Assembly (NCBI GenBank): GCA_045634745.1
Contig: JAZRAX010000028.1
Location: forward strand, 1,674-65,673
Source of the DNA: Acetatifactor sp.
GTDB lineage: Bacteria > Bacillota > Clostridia > Lachnospirales > Lachnospiraceae
Reading direction: 5' to 3'
Length of the DNA: 64,000 nt
Each line of letters opens with the position of its first letter. The stretch's first letter is position 1. This document shows, in pieces, positions 48,405 through 59,168 of this stretch. The notes beneath the pieces were generated by a model. It saw nothing but the letters and a program-made list of their open reading frames with translations. It was not told where the DNA came from and ran no database searches. Made by a program: the position numbers and the translations under genes.

Positions 48405-49331
48405 TTATCTATTTGCCAATGCACTTGCAATATCTTCTCTCATATCCAGCACTGCCGCACGGGATGCATCTGCATAGCCTGCATCACCATAAGAAGCATA
48501 CTTCTCCTGCTGATATGCTGCAATGATTCCTCTAGAAGAGTTTACGATAGCACCCAAACCGTCTTCATCAAAGAAGTGTACCAAATCTGCTCCTTTACCG
48601 CCCTGTGCACCATAACCCGGTACCAGAATAAAGGACTTGGGCATTACCTTACGCAAAATCTTACCCTGCTCCGGATAAGTAGCGCCAACTACTGCACCGA
48701 TATAGCTGTAGGAATCGCCCATGTGGTCAGCGCCCCACTCAGCAACCTTCTCACCAACGTGCTCATAAAGAGGCTTACCGTCAATCAGACGATCCTGGAA
48801 ATCGCCACTACTTGGATTAGAAGTCTTTACCAAAATAAACAGACCCTTCTTTTCCTCTTTACAAACCTTTACAAACGGAAGCACACTATCTGCTCCCATA
48901 TATGGATTAATGGTTAAGAAATCTTCATCAAAGCCATAGTAAGAATTGCTTCCTACCTGCACCTTACCCAAATGACCTACTGCATACGCCTCTGAAGTAG
49001 AACCGATGTCACCACGCTTTGCATCTCCGATGACTACCAAGCCCTTACTCTTACAGTAATCTACTGTCTTCTTAAAAGCTACCAAACCGGGAATACCAAA
49101 CTGCTCATACATAGCAATCTGAGGCTTCACTGCCGGTACTAAATCATAAATCGCATCTACAATACCCTTGTTGTACTGCCAAATAGCTTCTGCCGCACCC
49201 TCTAAGGTCTCGCCAAACTCCGCAAATGCAGCCTGCTTAATATGCGCCGGAATAAACTTCATCATGGGGTCCAAACCAACCACGATAGGCGCATTTGTCT
49301 TTTTGATTTTTTCCACTAATTTGTTAATCAT
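48405..49331 (-). CDS. pyrF: Orotidine-5'-phosphate decarboxylase
   Basis: VVGLDP, KPQIA, DAKRGDIGST, KTSNP, GAVVGATYP, LVPGYGAQG and NSSRGI. Confidence 0.96.
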   Translation of the reverse strand: MINKLVEKIKKTNAPIVVGLDPMMKFIPAHIKQAAFAEFGETLEGAAEAIWQYNKGIVDAIYDLVPAVKPQIAMYEQFGIPGLVAFKKTVDYCKSKGLVVIGDAKRGDIGSTSEAYAVGHLGKVQVGSNSYYGFDEDFLTINPYMGADSVLPFVKVCKEEKKGLFILVKTSNPSSGDFQDRLIDGKPLYEHVGEKVAEWGADHMGDSYSYIGAVVGATYPEQGKILRKVMPKSFILVPGYGAQGGKGADLVHFFDEDGLGAIVNSSRGIIAAYQQEKYASYGDAGYADASRAAVLDMREDIASALANR

Positions 49332-49494
49332 CGTTCCTTACCATCCTTTTCTCTTTTTTCAAGGTCTAACTATAAACGAACCTGTATTTAAAGTCAATCA
49401 CTCTTTGTTTGACTTTTTTCCAACCAAATTGCATTCTTTTTAAATCACCATTATCTGTAAATAAAGCCGATACTATCTTCTCAAGTACGCTTTC

Positions 49495-50589
49495 CTACCG
49501 CGTGGATAAAAACTCATACTCTCTCGCCGCCTTTGCATCATCCGGATATGCAGTCATATAACTCTGCATTAATGATGCTGCCGTTTCAAACTCGCCCAGA
49601 TACTCATAGACCATAATTTCATTAAACTGAAGTACCTGCTTCATCGTGCTGTTGGGTATTTGTAATCCTGCCTGAAAAGCCGCAAGGGCATTAGCATATT
49701 CGCCCTTCTTGGCTTCACACAACCCTAACTGGTTGTATACCTGCGCATCCTCTCCCACCTTTGTCAAATAAGAATTGTATACACTAGCAGCATAATTATA
49801 GTCTCCGGTAGCCTCATAAGCCATTCCCAGATACAAGTAACCTTCCACGCCGCCTTGCCCTCTGGCTTCCTCCAACGCAAGATATGCTTTCTGATACTCA
49901 CCCATATAATAAAACATGCGGCCCTTATCAAAATAGCTCATTTCTGCCTCATAGGTCTGCAAAGCATCCGTCAAATAACCTTGACCCGCATCCTTGTAGC
50001 CACTCTCTGCCATGGTTTCATATATCTGAATAATCCGTTCAAAATTCTTACCATCCAGAGCAACTACCCGGTCCATATCTTCCTTGGACTGTGTATAGTT
50101 TCCCAATTTTAACCGCACACTACCTCTTAAGAACAAAACCTCCGCATCCTGCTCACGCAAAGCCAGAATTGCATTGTAAATCTCTTCGGCCTTCTCAAAC
50201 TGTCCCATTTTGGTATAAACCGCAGCCAAATACAGATTAATATCATAATCCATATCTTCCACCAAACCATTACTGTAGCTTAGCGCCTCCAAAAAATACT
50301 CTGCGGCTTCCTCATACTGAGTCAAACCCATGTAAGCAATTCCTCTGCTTCTGGCCAACAATTTCTCGTCTTCGCCGGCTTGTGCCGCCAAGGTAAAACA
50401 ATCCAGCGCAGACTGGTAATCCAATTCCTCCACAAACTTCATTCCTTCTGAAATATGGGTGGTTTCCTTTCCACAGCTACACAACAACATTCCCAGCATC
50501 ATGCCACAAATGATAATCGTTATCTTGCTCCTTCTTTTTTCTTTTTGCATCTTTTTCATCATCTTCCCCATTGTATTTAAAACACCCAT
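49495..50589 (-). CDS. Tetratricopeptide-repeat (lipo)protein
   Basis: A hydrophobic segment ending in CSC, then repeated TPR-like helices (YNQLGLCEAKKGEYANALAAFQAGL). Confidence 0.85.
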   Translation of the reverse strand: MGVLNTMGKMMKKMQKEKRRSKITIIICGMMLGMLLCSCGKETTHISEGMKFVEELDYQSALDCFTLAAQAGEDEKLLARSRGIAYMGLTQYEEAAEYFLEALSYSNGLVEDMDYDINLYLAAVYTKMGQFEKAEEIYNAILALREQDAEVLFLRGSVRLKLGNYTQSKEDMDRVVALDGKNFERIIQIYETMAESGYKDAGQGYLTDALQTYEAEMSYFDKGRMFYYMGEYQKAYLALEEARGQGGVEGYLYLGMAYEATGDYNYAASVYNSYLTKVGEDAQVYNQLGLCEAKKGEYANALAAFQAGLQIPNSTMKQVLQFNEIMVYEYLGEFETAASLMQSYMTAYPDDAKAAREYEFLSTR

Positions 50590-50594
50590 CTATA

Positions 50595-52202
50595 TTACCT
50601 GTTATTCATATAAAGAACCATATCCCCATCTCTTGCCACTTCCGAAAATCCCTTTTCCCGACACAGTTCGTCAATGACGCCTCCACTTACTGTGGCAACA
50701 TACCGGCTCTGTAAATCCTCCAATTTCTGCATTACATAATCCGGCATACAACAACTGATTCCCATGCCCTCCGGCAAACCATACAGTAACTGCCACTTCA
50801 TATTCATGGATTGATTCGTTTCCAAAACCGTATCACTAAATACCCATATTACGCTATTCTCAAATCCGGGTACATTATCCTTTTCCAAAGCCATAGATTC
50901 CCGGAAAACTTCTTCCCAAGCCTCTACCTGTACTTTTAATTCCTCTTCTTCAAATGGTACTTGATAATCGTATGGATCCACTGCCATATAAATATAAAAA
51001 TACAGAAATGTTACGCCCACGAAAAGCATTTTTTCATAAAACTTTGTACGCATCAAACTGACTACAAATACTGCCACTGCCATAAAAGTCAGTAAATGTT
51101 TGCTTCCCTCCGTCAATTTATACATTAACAGTAAAGCAAACAACATTCCCACAAAACAAAATGCCAGATGTCCTTCTACCCAAAGTAGTTTCATCCGTCC
51201 CTGCTTTTCAGATGTTTCTTTCTCTGACAAATTTTCTGCTTTACGCCTTTTCCACCACCACAAAAAATCCACTATGGTCTGTACTGTCAACACTGCTAAC
51301 AGCACAAGATAGCCGCAGAAGAAGGCTCCCGAAGCCAATCCTGACTGTATACCACTCTTCATATGGTCACAAAAATTCAGTCCATTCCAATATAATTTAC
51401 TGCAAAAATACCGGATACCGCCCAAGAATCCCTGAGCAAAAAACGCTTCTATCCAATCTGTAAAAAACAAAGGAGTAAAATACTCTGCTCCCAAATAATG
51501 ATTAATCAATACATATCCGGTCATTCCTCCTCCCAACAAAAGAAGAGAACCGCAAACGCCTTTCCAATCGGACCTTTTTACCCAAAAAGCTATTGGCAAA
51601 AACATAAACAATACCAAATACGGACGCATTAATATCATTACTTCTGCCATACCCAAAAGTACTGCCAACTTACCCACATGTTCCTTCTGCAAATAGCTGA
51701 TTGCCACACTATAGAAAACAATCAACATAGCAAAACATATGATTTCAGGCATTCCGGAAAGCATATATCTGACAAAAGGCGTATATAGGAAAAACAATAT
51801 CACCAAAACACCTATCTGCTTCCACGTTGGTCTCACTAACCAGCCAAATATAGCCATAGCTACACATAATAATACTATATTACAAATAATCGGCGAAAGA
51901 ATATTCCAACCAAAAAGCAATCCCCAAAGTATCCATGGAAATACCAACACCGGACTCCATGCCGCAAAAGAAAGCTTCAAAGCATGACTTTCATTAAAGC
52001 CAAAATACCCCTGCGGATATCCATAATTCACTATAGCTTCTACTTGCTTGAAATAAAACAGCTCGTCATTCCACTGGGAACCCGGCAAATATACCTCGGC
52101 AATGCTTCGTCCTTGGAAAACACAATACAACAGGCAACTTAATACCGGAATCAAAGCCAATATTATGGGCTTCATCTTTTCGCTTTTTATGAATCTACTC
52201 AT
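50595..52202 (-). CDS. Polytopic membrane protein, possibly GT-C-like
   Basis: More than 10 hydrophobic segments and an acidic WNDE motif in the first loop. Function inferred only. Confidence 0.6.
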   Translation of the reverse strand: MSRFIKSEKMKPIILALIPVLSCLLYCVFQGRSIAEVYLPGSQWNDELFYFKQVEAIVNYGYPQGYFGFNESHALKLSFAAWSPVLVFPWILWGLLFGWNILSPIICNIVLLCVAMAIFGWLVRPTWKQIGVLVILFFLYTPFVRYMLSGMPEIICFAMLIVFYSVAISYLQKEHVGKLAVLLGMAEVMILMRPYLVLFMFLPIAFWVKRSDWKGVCGSLLLLGGGMTGYVLINHYLGAEYFTPLFFTDWIEAFFAQGFLGGIRYFCSKLYWNGLNFCDHMKSGIQSGLASGAFFCGYLVLLAVLTVQTIVDFLWWWKRRKAENLSEKETSEKQGRMKLLWVEGHLAFCFVGMLFALLLMYKLTEGSKHLLTFMAVAVFVVSLMRTKFYEKMLFVGVTFLYFYIYMAVDPYDYQVPFEEEELKVQVEAWEEVFRESMALEKDNVPGFENSVIWVFSDTVLETNQSMNMKWQLLYGLPEGMGISCCMPDYVMQKLEDLQSRYVATVSGGVIDELCREKGFSEVARDGDMVLYMNNR

Positions 52203-52223
52203 AAGCAGCTTCCTTCCTCAAAT

Positions 52224-53450
52224 CTAATAATAAGTATTTCCCTGTGCCAATCCCATAAAATAATAAATACCGCATGCTACATGCCATAAATATGGCAACC
52301 ATTGTAACAAAAGCCAAAACAGATTCTTCTTTTCTCCGGTCTTCTGTAATAATAGAATAATTGCTCCGAAAAACGCAAAGAAAATACCATACATATATCC
52401 CCAGGAAAAATTAAAATGCGCCCAACGGAACCCTTTTTCATATACAAAAAATGCCTGGAAAAAGCTCATTAAATAAATCTGCCACGAAAACCGGAACAAT
52501 GTATTTGTTTTTAACTCTTTAAAATTCAATACCAATACTGCCAGCGGGAAACCAATTGCAAGACAAACTGCCAGCGGAATACTATCACAATATTGTCCCC
52601 AGATACCGCCTATCGTAAATCCAATGCCACCCTCTACACCTTCTTCCGGCACAAATACACCGCTATATTGATACAGCAGATGTAAAAGTGTTGGTACAAA
52701 GCATATACCCAGTTGCAGACTCGGCACAAAGTTACGGAATTTACTACGGATAAATCGCCACACCATGATCACAAACATTACGCATACCAGGACCAATGTG
52801 AAGCTGGGTTTAGTCATGGTCGCCAATAATAAAAATACCGCAAAGCAAATATAATCTTTTAAATATTCTCTTTGAAATCCCTCTTCGTAAATATCCAAAA
52901 GCTTTACACACCAAACAAAGGCAAGCACTGCAAATGGACGCGCCGCCATATAAGTAGCATTATGAAACGGATTCGGTGAAAAAACGCCTAAATAATCATG
53001 CTTAATTCCCGGCAAATAAATCCCTTCCGGCGGAAACAGCATGGAAATAAAAAACAAGGTCACCGCCACCAAGCTGATACAAACTCCGGCCAGCCACTTC
53101 TGTTTTCCAAAACATTCTTCTAACTTCTCCAAGGCATAATGATTTAATGCCCATTTTACAATAACCATAGCCAGACAATTCAACAATAACGTAGCCAATG
53201 CTACAGACAACTGCGGCGACGCAAACAAATGAATCAAAGCTGATAATTTAAAAAAAATCGGATATGTGAACACATAACCACTGTCCAATCCCTGCATTTC
53301 CAACATATATGCCTTCATGTCTGAAGGATAAAATTCATCACCGCCATAAGTTTGATGGTAGAACAACTGAAACATTACTACTGAAGCAATCAACAGCAAT
53401 GCCAAAAAGAATCCGCTATCTATTAACTTATTCGTCTTTCGCAAATTCAT
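52224..53450 (-). CDS. Polytopic membrane protein, possibly GT-C-like
   Basis: About 11 hydrophobic segments with SDM, HNATY and KPSF motifs. Start at ATG 53450. Confidence 0.6.
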   Translation of the reverse strand: MNLRKTNKLIDSGFFLALLLIASVVMFQLFYHQTYGGDEFYPSDMKAYMLEMQGLDSGYVFTYPIFFKLSALIHLFASPQLSVALATLLLNCLAMVIVKWALNHYALEKLEECFGKQKWLAGVCISLVAVTLFFISMLFPPEGIYLPGIKHDYLGVFSPNPFHNATYMAARPFAVLAFVWCVKLLDIYEEGFQREYLKDYICFAVFLLLATMTKPSFTLVLVCVMFVIMVWRFIRSKFRNFVPSLQLGICFVPTLLHLLYQYSGVFVPEEGVEGGIGFTIGGIWGQYCDSIPLAVCLAIGFPLAVLVLNFKELKTNTLFRFSWQIYLMSFFQAFFVYEKGFRWAHFNFSWGYMYGIFFAFFGAIILLLQKTGEKKNLFWLLLQWLPYLWHVACGIYYFMGLAQGNTYY

Positions 53451-53552
53451 ATATCGTCCCCACACTAAAATATAACTACATTCCACATTCAAGGTTACCT
53501 ATTGACATATAATTTTATCATAATTCTTATGACTTTACAACACATCCAAATC

Positions 53553-53588
53553 AAAAAGGATAATCAACCTTCCGGTCGATTATCCTTC
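53553..53588. terminator. Terminator after carD
   Basis: AAGGATAATCAACC-TTCC-GGTCGATTATCCTT. Confidence 0.7.
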
Positions 53589-53591
53589 TCT

Positions 53592-54104
53592 TTATACCAT
53601 ACTATATCCCTGCAAATGTTGCGTAATATATTCACAAACCTTATTCCGCTCCATTTCCAGCGCTACTGCCAACTCTCCATACAAATTTTCCTCTGCAATC
53701 CGGAAATATTTACCATCCACCGCAGTTTCCTTTCGACCTGCTTCTAAACGCTTTTGCTTGCGCAGATAAATGGTCTTGATCAATTTCACCCACTCGCTGC
53801 AACAATTACTCTTCATACAAGCCTTATATTCCATTTCCACCATTTTCTCGTTCTTAATCTCCAAAACCGGAATCTGAGGAATGGATTCCACCAATGCTTC
53901 TGCTTCTTTTCTCGTCAAAACATTACGCATGGAAGTAGCTGCCGAGTCCACCGGAACGTATACCGTACTGGCACTTACATACTTTGGTTTTAAAATATAA
54001 TACTTTTTCGCCTTATCCACACCGGAAATATCCAATGTAGTAATATCCTCCACTGTACAAACGCCCTTATTGCCACAAATCACATACTGACCTATGCTAA
54101 ACAT
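53592..54104 (-). CDS. CarD-family transcriptional regulator
   Basis: MFSIGQYVICGNKGVCTVEDI..YYILKP..TVYVPV. Confidence 0.88.
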   Translation of the reverse strand: MFSIGQYVICGNKGVCTVEDITTLDISGVDKAKKYYILKPKYVSASTVYVPVDSAATSMRNVLTRKEAEALVESIPQIPVLEIKNEKMVEMEYKACMKSNCCSEWVKLIKTIYLRKQKRLEAGRKETAVDGKYFRIAEENLYGELAVALEMERNKVCEYITQHLQGYSMV

Positions 54105-54252
54105 TCCTTACCTGCCCTTCTTTTTGCATCCACTTTATCCCTATTATTCTCTTATTTTAGCAGATTTATCCATAAAAAGTCAGTCTATTTTTGCTTTTAT
54201 TTCTATTTTTGTGCACAATGCCTACGCAGTCAGCTTTAAAATTTGTCTATTT

Positions 54253-54939
54253 TTACTTTTGTACATTTATCAAATCCTTTATTACCTCCGACGCAATAAT
54301 CAAGCCTGCCACAGAAGGTACAAAGGATACCGAACCGGGCGGTGTACATTTTACCACAGGCTCTTCCTTTGAATACACTACCTTTAGTTTTTTTACGCCT
54401 CTGGCCTTCAATTCCCGGCGCATGACTTTTGCCAGGGGACACACCGATGTTTTATAAATATCTGTCACTTCTAATTGGGTGGGATTTAACTTATTTCCGG
54501 TCCCCATACTACTAATTACAGGTACACCGGCTTCTTTTGCCTGCATAATCAACTGTATTTTTCCGGTTACCGTATCAATGGCATCCACTACATAATCATA
54601 CTGCGAAAAATCAAACACACCACTGCTTTCCGGCAAGTAAAAGCATTGATACTGCTTCACTTGACACTCCGGATTTATGTCACGGATCCGCTGGGCCATG
54701 ACCTCTACCTTAGCACGTCCCAAAGAACTTCTGGTAGCAATAATCTGTCGGTTCAGATTGGATTCGCAAACCACATCATTATCAATCAAATCGATACTGC
54801 CCACCCCGGCACGCACCAAAGCCTCTACTACATGTCCCCCTACACCACCGATGCCAAATACGGCCACCCGGGACTTGGTCAGACATTCTATAGCTTCCTC
54901 TCCCAAAAGTCTCGCTGTTCGGGAAAACATTTCCTGCAT
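54253..54939 (-). CDS. tcdA: tRNA threonylcarbamoyladenosine dehydratase (ThiF family)
   Basis: FGIGGVGG, SNLNRQ, DAIDTV, MGTGNK and CPLAKVMR. Confidence 0.9.
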   Translation of the reverse strand: MQEMFSRTARLLGEEAIECLTKSRVAVFGIGGVGGHVVEALVRAGVGSIDLIDNDVVCESNLNRQIIATRSSLGRAKVEVMAQRIRDINPECQVKQYQCFYLPESSGVFDFSQYDYVVDAIDTVTGKIQLIMQAKEAGVPVISSMGTGNKLNPTQLEVTDIYKTSVCPLAKVMRRELKARGVKKLKVVYSKEEPVVKCTPPGSVSFVPSVAGLIIASEVIKDLINVQK

Positions 54940-55006
54940 AAATTCACTCCTTTATTTTCCATAGCTTGTTGTATTAAGCCATTCCCAAGCCGGACACTAA
55001 CCTTCC

Positions 55007-57532
55007 TTACTCTACCGAAAGCACCTTGTAATCCTGTGCCTCTACAGTTTGCTTCAGCACCTCATTCTCTACGTTTTCACTCAAGATAACCACTGCTGTT
55101 CCTTCCACATAACTAACCTTTGCTTCCGCCACTTGGGGCAAAGCTTCCAGCACCTTCTTAACTCTCGCCTCACAGTGTCCACACATCATACCTTCAATTT
55201 TTAATGTTCTTTCCATAGTTTTTACCTCTTCTTTCTTTTCTGGTTTCTGTTCTATTTTTTTATCTTTCGATGCATCATGAATGGAAATTAAATTCAACCG
55301 CAGTGCATTTGTTACTACGCAAAAGCTGGACAAGCTCATGGCTGCCGCCCCAAACATAGGATTCAATTCCCAGCCAAATACCGGAATCCACACGCCCGCT
55401 GCCAAGGGAATACCAATAATATTATAAAAGAATGCCCAAAACAGATTCTGATGAATATTACGAAGTGTTGCCCGGCTCAATCGGATAGCAGCCGGTACAT
55501 CACTTAACCTGCTCTTCATTAATACTACATCCGCTGCATCTATGGCAATATCCGTTCCTGCACCGATGGCAATACCCATATCCGCACGACTTAATGCAGG
55601 GGCATCATTAATACCGTCGCCCACCATGATTACCTTGCCGCTTTCCTGCAACTTTCGAATCACATTTTCTTTGCCCTCCGGCAATACTCCGGCAATTACT
55701 TCATCTACTCCCGCCTGATGGCCGATGGCTTTTGCCGTACGCTCATTATCTCCGGTCAGCATCACTACACGGATTCCCATATTTTGCAATTCGCTTACTG
55801 CCTGAGGGCTATCTTCTTTTATCACATCCGCCACTGCTATCATTCCCTGAAAAACATTGTCTTTTGCAAAGAAAAGAGGTGTTTTCCCCTCTGCCGCAAA
55901 TTGATGGGCACATTCCCTTATACTTTCCGGAATTTGCACCAGACCTGTCATATATTTTTCGTTACCACCTACCAACTTACTTTCCTGTAGAAGGGCAGAC
56001 AAGCCATTTCCGGGAAGAGCCTCAAAATCGCTGACCTCCTCCGATTCTATTCCTTTCTCCTTAGCATATTCCATAATCGCTTTCGCCAAAGGATGTTCGC
56101 TCTTCTTTTCCAAGGAAACCGCCTGTAGCAAAAGCTCTTCTACGCTCACTTCTGTGACATTGACCACGTCAGTCACCTTCGGTTCTCCACAAGTAATGGT
56201 ACCTGTTTTATCCAATACTACAATCTGCGTTCTTCCACATTCTTCCAAAGATACTGCTGTTTTAAATAAAATACCGTTTTTCGCTCCCACACCGTTTCCA
56301 ACCATAATCGCCACCGGTGTAGCCAATCCCAATGCGCAAGGGCAACTGATTACCAATACCGAAATACCTCTTGCCAAAGCATATCCCAAATCTGCACCGG
56401 TTAACAGCCATACTGCAGTAGTCAATACTGCAATTATAATTACTGCAGGCACAAAAATACCGGATACTTTATCTGCTATCTTTGCAATAGGTGCTTTGGT
56501 AGCCGCCGCATCACTTACCATTTGAATAATCTGTGATAATGTAGTATCTTCACCCACACGTGTGGCTTCACAACGCAAATAACCGGACTGGTTTACGGTT
56601 GCCGCACTTACCAAATCTCCGGGCATTTTATCATTTGGAATGCTTTCTCCGGTCAATACAGACTCATTGACCGCACTGGTTCCTTCCAATACCACACCAT
56701 CCACCGGTATATTTTCTCCCGGCTTTACCACAAAAATATCGCCCTTTTTAACCTGTTCAATACTTACCTCAGTTTCTACACCATCTACCACAATCACAGC
56801 AGTCTTGGGCGCCAGCTTCATTAAAGACTTTAACGCATCCGTGGTTTTTCCTTTGGAACGTGCCTCCAGCATTTTTCCTACGGTAATCAAAGTTAATATC
56901 ATTGCCGCCGATTCAAAGTAAAACTCGTGCAAATAATGGTTTGCCGCCATGACACCCTCGTCAATTGACACCCTTGTCATTTCAAACAAGGCGTAAGAAC
57001 TATATACAAATGCCGCCGTAGCTCCAAGTGCCACCAATGTATCCATATTAGGAGCCTTATTCCACAGACTCTTAAATCCACTGATAAAAAACTTTTGATT
57101 TATTACCATTACTACACCCGTAAGCAACAGCTGCAGCAGTCCCAGCGCCATAGGATTTCTCTCAAAATACAATGGCACCGGCCAATTCCACATCACATTC
57201 CCCATGGAAAAATACATTAATACCAGTAAAAAGCCCAAGGAAGCCCACAATCTTTTCTTTAAAAGAGGGGTTTCTTTGTCCGCCAAAGCATCTTCACTTA
57301 TCCCTACACTTCCCGGCTCCTTCTCTCCGGCATACCCTTTCTCTGCCGCATGATATCCTGCATTTTCCACTGCCCGAATAATCTCCTGCGCAGATGCAGT
57401 TCCTTCTACTCCCATAGAATTGGTTAATAAACTGACCGAAACACTTGTGACTCCTTCTACAGCCCCTACCGCCTTTTCTACCCGGGCACTGCATGCAGCA
57501 CAACTCATACCGGTCACCGTATATTGCTTCAT
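55007..57532 (-). CDS. copA: Cu(I)-translocating P1B-type ATPase
   Basis: N-terminal GMSCAAC and C-terminal GMMCGHC HMA domains; CPC, DKTGT, GDGIND, YN and MSLSS motifs. Confidence 0.95.
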   Translation of the reverse strand: MKQYTVTGMSCAACSARVEKAVGAVEGVTSVSVSLLTNSMGVEGTASAQEIIRAVENAGYHAAEKGYAGEKEPGSVGISEDALADKETPLLKKRLWASLGFLLVLMYFSMGNVMWNWPVPLYFERNPMALGLLQLLLTGVVMVINQKFFISGFKSLWNKAPNMDTLVALGATAAFVYSSYALFEMTRVSIDEGVMAANHYLHEFYFESAAMILTLITVGKMLEARSKGKTTDALKSLMKLAPKTAVIVVDGVETEVSIEQVKKGDIFVVKPGENIPVDGVVLEGTSAVNESVLTGESIPNDKMPGDLVSAATVNQSGYLRCEATRVGEDTTLSQIIQMVSDAAATKAPIAKIADKVSGIFVPAVIIIAVLTTAVWLLTGADLGYALARGISVLVISCPCALGLATPVAIMVGNGVGAKNGILFKTAVSLEECGRTQIVVLDKTGTITCGEPKVTDVVNVTEVSVEELLLQAVSLEKKSEHPLAKAIMEYAKEKGIESEEVSDFEALPGNGLSALLQESKLVGGNEKYMTGLVQIPESIRECAHQFAAEGKTPLFFAKDNVFQGMIAVADVIKEDSPQAVSELQNMGIRVVMLTGDNERTAKAIGHQAGVDEVIAGVLPEGKENVIRKLQESGKVIMVGDGINDAPALSRADMGIAIGAGTDIAIDAADVVLMKSRLSDVPAAIRLSRATLRNIHQNLFWAFFYNIIGIPLAAGVWIPVFGWELNPMFGAAAMSLSSFCVVTNALRLNLISIHDASKDKKIEQKPEKKEEVKTMERTLKIEGMMCGHCEARVKKVLEALPQVAEAKVSYVEGTAVVILSENVENEVLKQTVEAQDYKVLSVE

Positions 57533-57549
57533 AGACTTCTCCTTTTTTT

Positions 57550-57631
57550 CAGAGAATTGCTTGCAATTCTCCCTGAACGAAACTTAGAAATTCTTGGTGC
57601 ATATTATGCACCTTAGAATTTCTTTTCGTTT
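57550..57631. repeat. Two adjacent inverted repeats between MATE and copA
   Basis: GAGAATTGC-TT-GCAATTCTC, and AGAAATTCT(T)GGTGCATA-T-TATGCACC(TT)AGAATTTCT. Confidence 0.75.
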
Positions 57632-58984
57632 TTAGATCTTAATTGACATCCACTTTCCGCTCTTAAAACGTATAGAGCCTAAAATCAGTCTGGACAATTG
57701 GTCTGCCACAACGCCCATCCAAATACCAATAATACCCCAATGTAACACGTAGCAGAAGAAATAAGAACCCACTGTACGCATAATGGTTACACTAATGGTT
57801 GATGCAATAGCCGTATACAAGGTATCTCCTGCACCACGCAGACAGCCCATATAAATCACCTGCGATACCTGAAGCACTACAATCAACGCAATCACACGCA
57901 TAATACCGATACCGATTGTTACAATTTCCTGTTCTTCAAAGAACATACCATACAACCAACCGCCGCCTAATAAATAAAGTACTGCCAAAACCACGGAAAT
58001 CACTCCACCAATAGACCGGCATATACTTCCATACTTTTTGGCCAACTCCGGGTCCTGGGCTCCCAGACTATATCCAATCAAAGCCACTGCCGTTGCCTGC
58101 AAGCCGTCGCCAAAAGAAAAGGATAACCCCATAATATTCATACCCACCTGATGTGCTGCCATAGCATTGGTGCCCTGGGCCGCAGCCATAAGTGATGTGG
58201 CCATAAATCCTACTCTTAAAAGCAATTGCTCTGCAAATACACTATAACCAACTTTCACAATATTTCCAAATGCCGCCAATCCCGGCACAATCTTCTCTTT
58301 TATAATATATTGCAGGCTGACAAAAGTATCCTTTCCACACACCGAAAGCACACTCATAATACTTGCCACTACGGTACCCAGCACCGTTGCCAATGCTGCA
58401 CCTTGGATTCCCAACGCCGGGAAACCGAAATGTCCTTGTATCAATAAATAATTAAATATTACATTTATTGTATTAGAAACCAAATTGGTTCGCATGGTAA
58501 TCTTAGTATTTCCCGAACCTCTTTGTGCTGCATTTACACCCATCTGGATACAGTTAAAAATCATTCCGCCCATAATAATGCGAAAATATGTTACCGCTCC
58601 TTCATGGGTTTCCGGCTCCGAACCACAAAGATGTATAATAGAGTCCGCAAATGTCACCAGTATAATGCTTATCACTACCGCCGCCAATACGATAAACAAA
58701 AGAGCCGTTATAAAAATACGATTGGCCCCTTCACGGTTCTGCTCACCCTTTCTTCGGGCAACCAACGCCGATAATGCCACGTTTACCGCAAAAAACATAG
58801 CCAATCCCACAAATTTCGGTTGCGTAGTTAAGCCTACAGAGGCTACTGCTGCCGAACCTAAAGAACTTACCATGAAAGAGTCTACCAATCCCACAAAAGC
58901 AATAAAAAAGGATTCCAGCATAGCCGGCCAGGCTATCTGCAATACTTTTTTCACACTCTCTTTATCATATGCAAACATCCTCAT
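57632..58984 (-). CDS. MATE family efflux transporter
   Basis: IAWPAMLE, GLVDSFMVSSLG, GSGNTK, LRGAGDT and about 12 TM helices. Confidence 0.93.
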   Translation of the reverse strand: MRMFAYDKESVKKVLQIAWPAMLESFFIAFVGLVDSFMVSSLGSAAVASVGLTTQPKFVGLAMFFAVNVALSALVARRKGEQNREGANRIFITALLFIVLAAVVISIILVTFADSIIHLCGSEPETHEGAVTYFRIIMGGMIFNCIQMGVNAAQRGSGNTKITMRTNLVSNTINVIFNYLLIQGHFGFPALGIQGAALATVLGTVVASIMSVLSVCGKDTFVSLQYIIKEKIVPGLAAFGNIVKVGYSVFAEQLLLRVGFMATSLMAAAQGTNAMAAHQVGMNIMGLSFSFGDGLQATAVALIGYSLGAQDPELAKKYGSICRSIGGVISVVLAVLYLLGGGWLYGMFFEEQEIVTIGIGIMRVIALIVVLQVSQVIYMGCLRGAGDTLYTAIASTISVTIMRTVGSYFFCYVLHWGIIGIWMGVVADQLSRLILGSIRFKSGKWMSIKI

Positions 58985-59168
58985 TTTCCTCAGACTCCTC
59001 TCATCTTATTCTACTATATAGCAGTTTTTTAATTTTTTCCATAGAAAAACGTTTATTTGCAAAAAATGTTCATTAACAAACATCTCGTCAAAGCATCTCC
59101 GCTATGTTATACTATACAAAGATTGTTTTCAACACACTTTATATGAGAATAAAACTTTGGAGGTTTTT

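Noticed and set aside
54236-54442. Overlapping same-strand alternative-frame ORF in tcdA (similar cases at 17081, 20080, 47266, 57294)
   Set aside because: Nested in confident genes with no RBS or domain evidence.
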